Of a stretch of DNA of 64,000 bases, positions 63,145 through 64,000 are shown one piece after another. Source of the stretch: Trueperaceae bacterium (GTDB lineage: Bacteria > Deinococcota > Deinococci > Deinococcales > Trueperaceae); assembly GCA_965213925.1 (NCBI GenBank), contig OZ243927.1, positions 3,008,001-3,072,000 of the forward strand. The letters run 5' to 3'. Positions within the stretch are counted from its first letter, which is position 1. Each line of letters opens with the position of its first letter. The notes under the pieces were generated by a model that did no database searches, was not told the DNA's origin, and saw only the letters and a program-made list of their open reading frames with translations. The translations under genes were made by a program, and so were the position numbers.

Positions 63145-64000
63145 GTGACTTCGCTCGCGCACCTCTTCTTACACCACGCCGAGACCTCGCCCGATAAAAC
63201 GTTCATTCATTTCGAGGGCGACGCTTACAGCTACGCCGACCTCTTCACGCACGTGAGCCGCGCCGCCGGTTCTTTACGCGCGCGGGGGCTCCGCAAGGGC
63301 GAACGGGTCGCGCTCTACCTGGAGAACTTGCCGAGCTTTATCGTCGCATATCTCGGCGCGCTATGGCTGGGCGGCGTGGTCGTTCTGGTCAACACCCGCT
63401 ACAGAGAGACCGAGTTACGCTATATTTTGGGCGACTCGGGCGCGAGGCTCGTCGTGACGGACGCTGAGCGAGCCGGGAGGTTGGGCGGCGTTTTAGGTCA
63501 TCCGGGTGAAGTGGACGTCATCCAGTTAGGTCAGAGCTTAGTAGAAGACGACGAGGTGTGGCGGACGCTCGCCCCTTGTCCTCCGCTAACCTCGCCCGCT
63601 GACCTCACCCCAGACAATCTCACCTCGGATGACCTCGCCGTCATCGCCTACACCTCCGGCACCACCGGACGCGCTAAAGGCGCGACGCTCACGCACGGCA
63701 ACTTCGTGAGCAACAGCCGCGCCGTAACCCGTGCGTGGGGCTGGACGGCGGACGACCACCTCTTGCTCACGCTGCCGCTCTTTCACATGCACGGGCTCGG
63801 CGTGGGCTTACACGGCACGCTGGTGCAGGGCTCGGCGCTCACCCTAAAGCGCACCTTCGACGCGGCGGATGTACTGAACGAAATAAGAAGGGGGCGCGTC
63901 ACCATGTTTTTCGGCGTGCCGACGATGCACACGCGGCTGCTTCAGGAGGTGAAAAGGAGCGGGCGAACGCGCGAAGAGGTCGCAGGGTTGAGGCTACTCG
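63145..64000 (+). CDS. Acyl-CoA synthetase (MatB-like), 3'-partial
   Basis: Open frame from GTG 63145; YTSGTTGRAKG, LPLFHMHGL, FFGVPTM. Confidence 0.88.
   Translation, partial: MTSLAHLFLHHAETSPDKTFIHFEGDAYSYADLFTHVSRAAGSLRARGLRKGERVALYLENLPSFIVAYLGALWLGGVVVLVNTRYRETELRYILGDSGARLVVTDAERAGRLGGVLGHPGEVDVIQLGQSLVEDDEVWRTLAPCPPLTSPADLTPDNLTSDDLAVIAYTSGTTGRAKGATLTHGNFVSNSRAVTRAWGWTADDHLLLTLPLFHMHGLGVGLHGTLVQGSALTLKRTFDAADVLNEIRRGRVTMFFGVPTMHTRLLQEVKRSGRTREEVAGLRLL

Overview
Bacterial chromosome segment, about 60% GC by eye, most likely from Deinococcota (Truepera-like). The assignment is inferred from the GN...ALAA tmRNA tag, YpdA, a c-di-GMP-II riboswitch and many leaderless genes. Metabolic content: the end of a carotenoid desaturase; a lipoprotein PHB depolymerase divergent from a TetR / acyl-CoA ligase / 2 hydrolases / Liv-type ABC operon; a 5'-nucleotidase; a sugar ABC transporter; a full glycerol cluster (glpSTPQUV-like ABC + glpFKD); two GT4 glycosyltransferases; fructokinase; cNMP-TrxB; etfBA; and a partial acyl-CoA ligase. 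Housekeeping and RNA genes: ypdA, nth, a THUMP methyltransferase, rpmB, AI-2E, ftsK, purSC, rlmB, tRNA-Leu(UAA) and tmRNA. Accessory content: a c-di-GMP-II riboswitch ahead of a secreted beta-helix lipoprotein; a Uma2 nuclease with a likely premature stop; a LysE/C45/Lrp/Eis/beta-lactamase-like/ArsR cluster; a PKD lipoprotein split by an intact IS1; and transposase relics. Intergenic DNA holds several families of tiny repeats: TNA-flanked MITEs with nested micro-insertions, GTAG REPs, heptamer palindromes and a 38-bp dispersed repeat. CTCGAG looks strongly over-represented. No CRISPR array, prophage or rRNA was seen.
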